From Octopus sinensis (Eukaryota): a stretch of 10,327 bases of DNA. Below are positions 9,186-10,327 of this stretch, piece by piece. Where the stretch lies: positions 1-10,327 of the forward strand of contig NW_021827449.1 of assembly GCF_006345805.1 (NCBI RefSeq), given 5' to 3'. Numbering within the stretch: the first letter of the stretch is position 1; each line of letters opens with the position of its first letter. A program made the translations under genes and the position numbers. A model generated the notes under the pieces. The model did no database searches. It was not told the origin of the DNA and saw only the letters and a list, made by a program, of their open reading frames with translations.

Positions 9186-9236
9186 TAGCACTGGCGTCGA
9201 TGTAATCAACCGCACCTCTCTCAAAATTTCTGGCCC
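9186..9236 (+). mobile_element. Short 3' fragment of SINE family A
   Basis: gcactggcgtcgatgtaatcaac...ctc.caaaatttctggcc parallels 9716-9767 (cacttgggacgctataactgac...ctcccaaataactgctggcc) and the actggggtcgat..aatc core of 3449-3660. Confidence 0.6.
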
Positions 9237-9580
9237 AAATTCCTGGTCCATACAAATCATATTAATCATCCTAATTATATTAATCATATTAATCATCATG
9301 AATAAAACTATTTTGCTAAAACTCAAAAAACCCTCGAGCACAATATCTTCCGGTCGCTCATTGAGAATACCTTTTTGTTTCGAATTTTCGCTACGCTCCA
9401 CTTAGTTTTCTACCATTCTGGAACATATAACATACAGTACCTCTCATGTGTTGATGCTGATACAGTCCATTGTTTTCTTTGCCAAGACGTTTGGATTCTT
9501 GTCGATGTGGGAGCCAGTTTTAATCATCAGCGGCTATTAATATATCTAAATCTAAATTGCTCTCATTGGTTAGCTTGAGT

Positions 9581-9786
9581 AAGGTCAGCAAGCTGGCAAA
9601 GTTCTTAGCATTCCGTTCAAAATACTGAGCGGTACTTACGTTCTGAGTTCAAATTCCACCGAGGTCGACTCTACCTTTCACCCTCCCACGGTCAATAAAG
9701 TAATTACCAGTTGTACACTTGGGACGCTATAACTGACTGGTTCCCTTCTCCCAAATAACTGCTGGCCTTGTGTCAAGATTTGGAAC
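9581..9786 (+). mobile_element. tRNA-derived SINE family A, near full-length diverged copy
   Basis: Head aaggtcagcaagctggcaaagttcttagca, B-box-like GAGTTCAAATTCC (9645-9657), core gaggtcgactctacctttcaccc...ggtcaataaagtaattaccagtt and tail ...ctggccttgtgtcaagatttggaac. Shares ttacgttctgagttcaaattc with the reverse complement of 3518-3538. Confidence 0.85.
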
Positions 9787-10157
9787 TTTATTTAGCTTTA
9801 GTTAGGAATAATTTTTGTCTGAACAAAACTGGTTAGAATACAAGACAAAATCAAGAAATTTAGACTTTCAAATAACTTAACCAAATTATTGGTTAATTCT
9901 TCCTACCTAGGAGAGGGTGTAAATTATTGTACATAAATCCTGCGTCAGTTGATCGTTATTGTTCGGATTTGTCCAAATTCGATCATGCCACCTTCTAATC
10001 ATGATCATTGGGATCTGATCGACGATTGACTTTGCTGGACGGCCAAGTCTTGAATATCCTTGTCAAGGGGTCCAAAGATGCGTTTCAGTAACAAATTCTT
10101 GCGTAGATTTCCGGCAATGTCCCTCACAAAGCGTGCATCTGTCTCACTGACTTCTAT

Positions 10158-10175
10158 TTTTCTTTCCTTCTTTCT

Positions 10176-10251
<76 letters not shown>

Positions 10252-10290
10252 TCGTTTTTGTCTGTCTGTCACTCTCACCCCTCTCTCTCT
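10158..10290 (+). repeat. (TTTC)n microsatellite followed by a TCTG/TC tract
   Basis: Perfect CTTT array at ~10177-10252; source of the SFFL repeats in ORF 10060..10293. Confidence 0.96.
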
Positions 10291-10327
10291 TAAAAGGAAT
10301 TAGAGATTACAAGAAAACTATGTACAG

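Noticed and set aside
1-10327. CRISPR array, retron or other prokaryotic RT-based system
   Set aside because: There is no repeat-spacer array or operon structure. Both RT remnants are eukaryotic non-LTR retrotransposon types and are inactivated.

Overview
Eukaryotic, AT-rich, repeat-saturated DNA with no supportable intact host gene. The SINE families and very high microsatellite density resemble an octopus (coleoid cephalopod) genome; this is recalled resemblance, not a database result. Contents: (1) a decayed R4/Dong-like non-LTR retrotransposon with a restriction-like endonuclease on the minus strand (~1371-2730), whose 3' end (1152-1354) is flipped to the plus strand with a 95-bp duplication, forming a near-perfect inverted repeat (93/95 matches); (2) a decayed Tx1/L1-clade LINE ORF2 fragment on the plus strand (~6135-7277); (3) two tRNA-derived SINE families, each with copies sharing a head or core but carrying different 3' tails and lying in opposite orientations; (4) many microsatellites (GATA/TATC, TA, CA, ATC, GGT, TTTC). 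Nearly all long ORFs in the supplied track are microsatellite artefacts or off-frame reads of the LINE relics. I see no evidence of a new multi-gene system. The best leads are structural: the fold-back LINE 3' end, a GATA array sitting in LINE codons, and SINE tail swapping.
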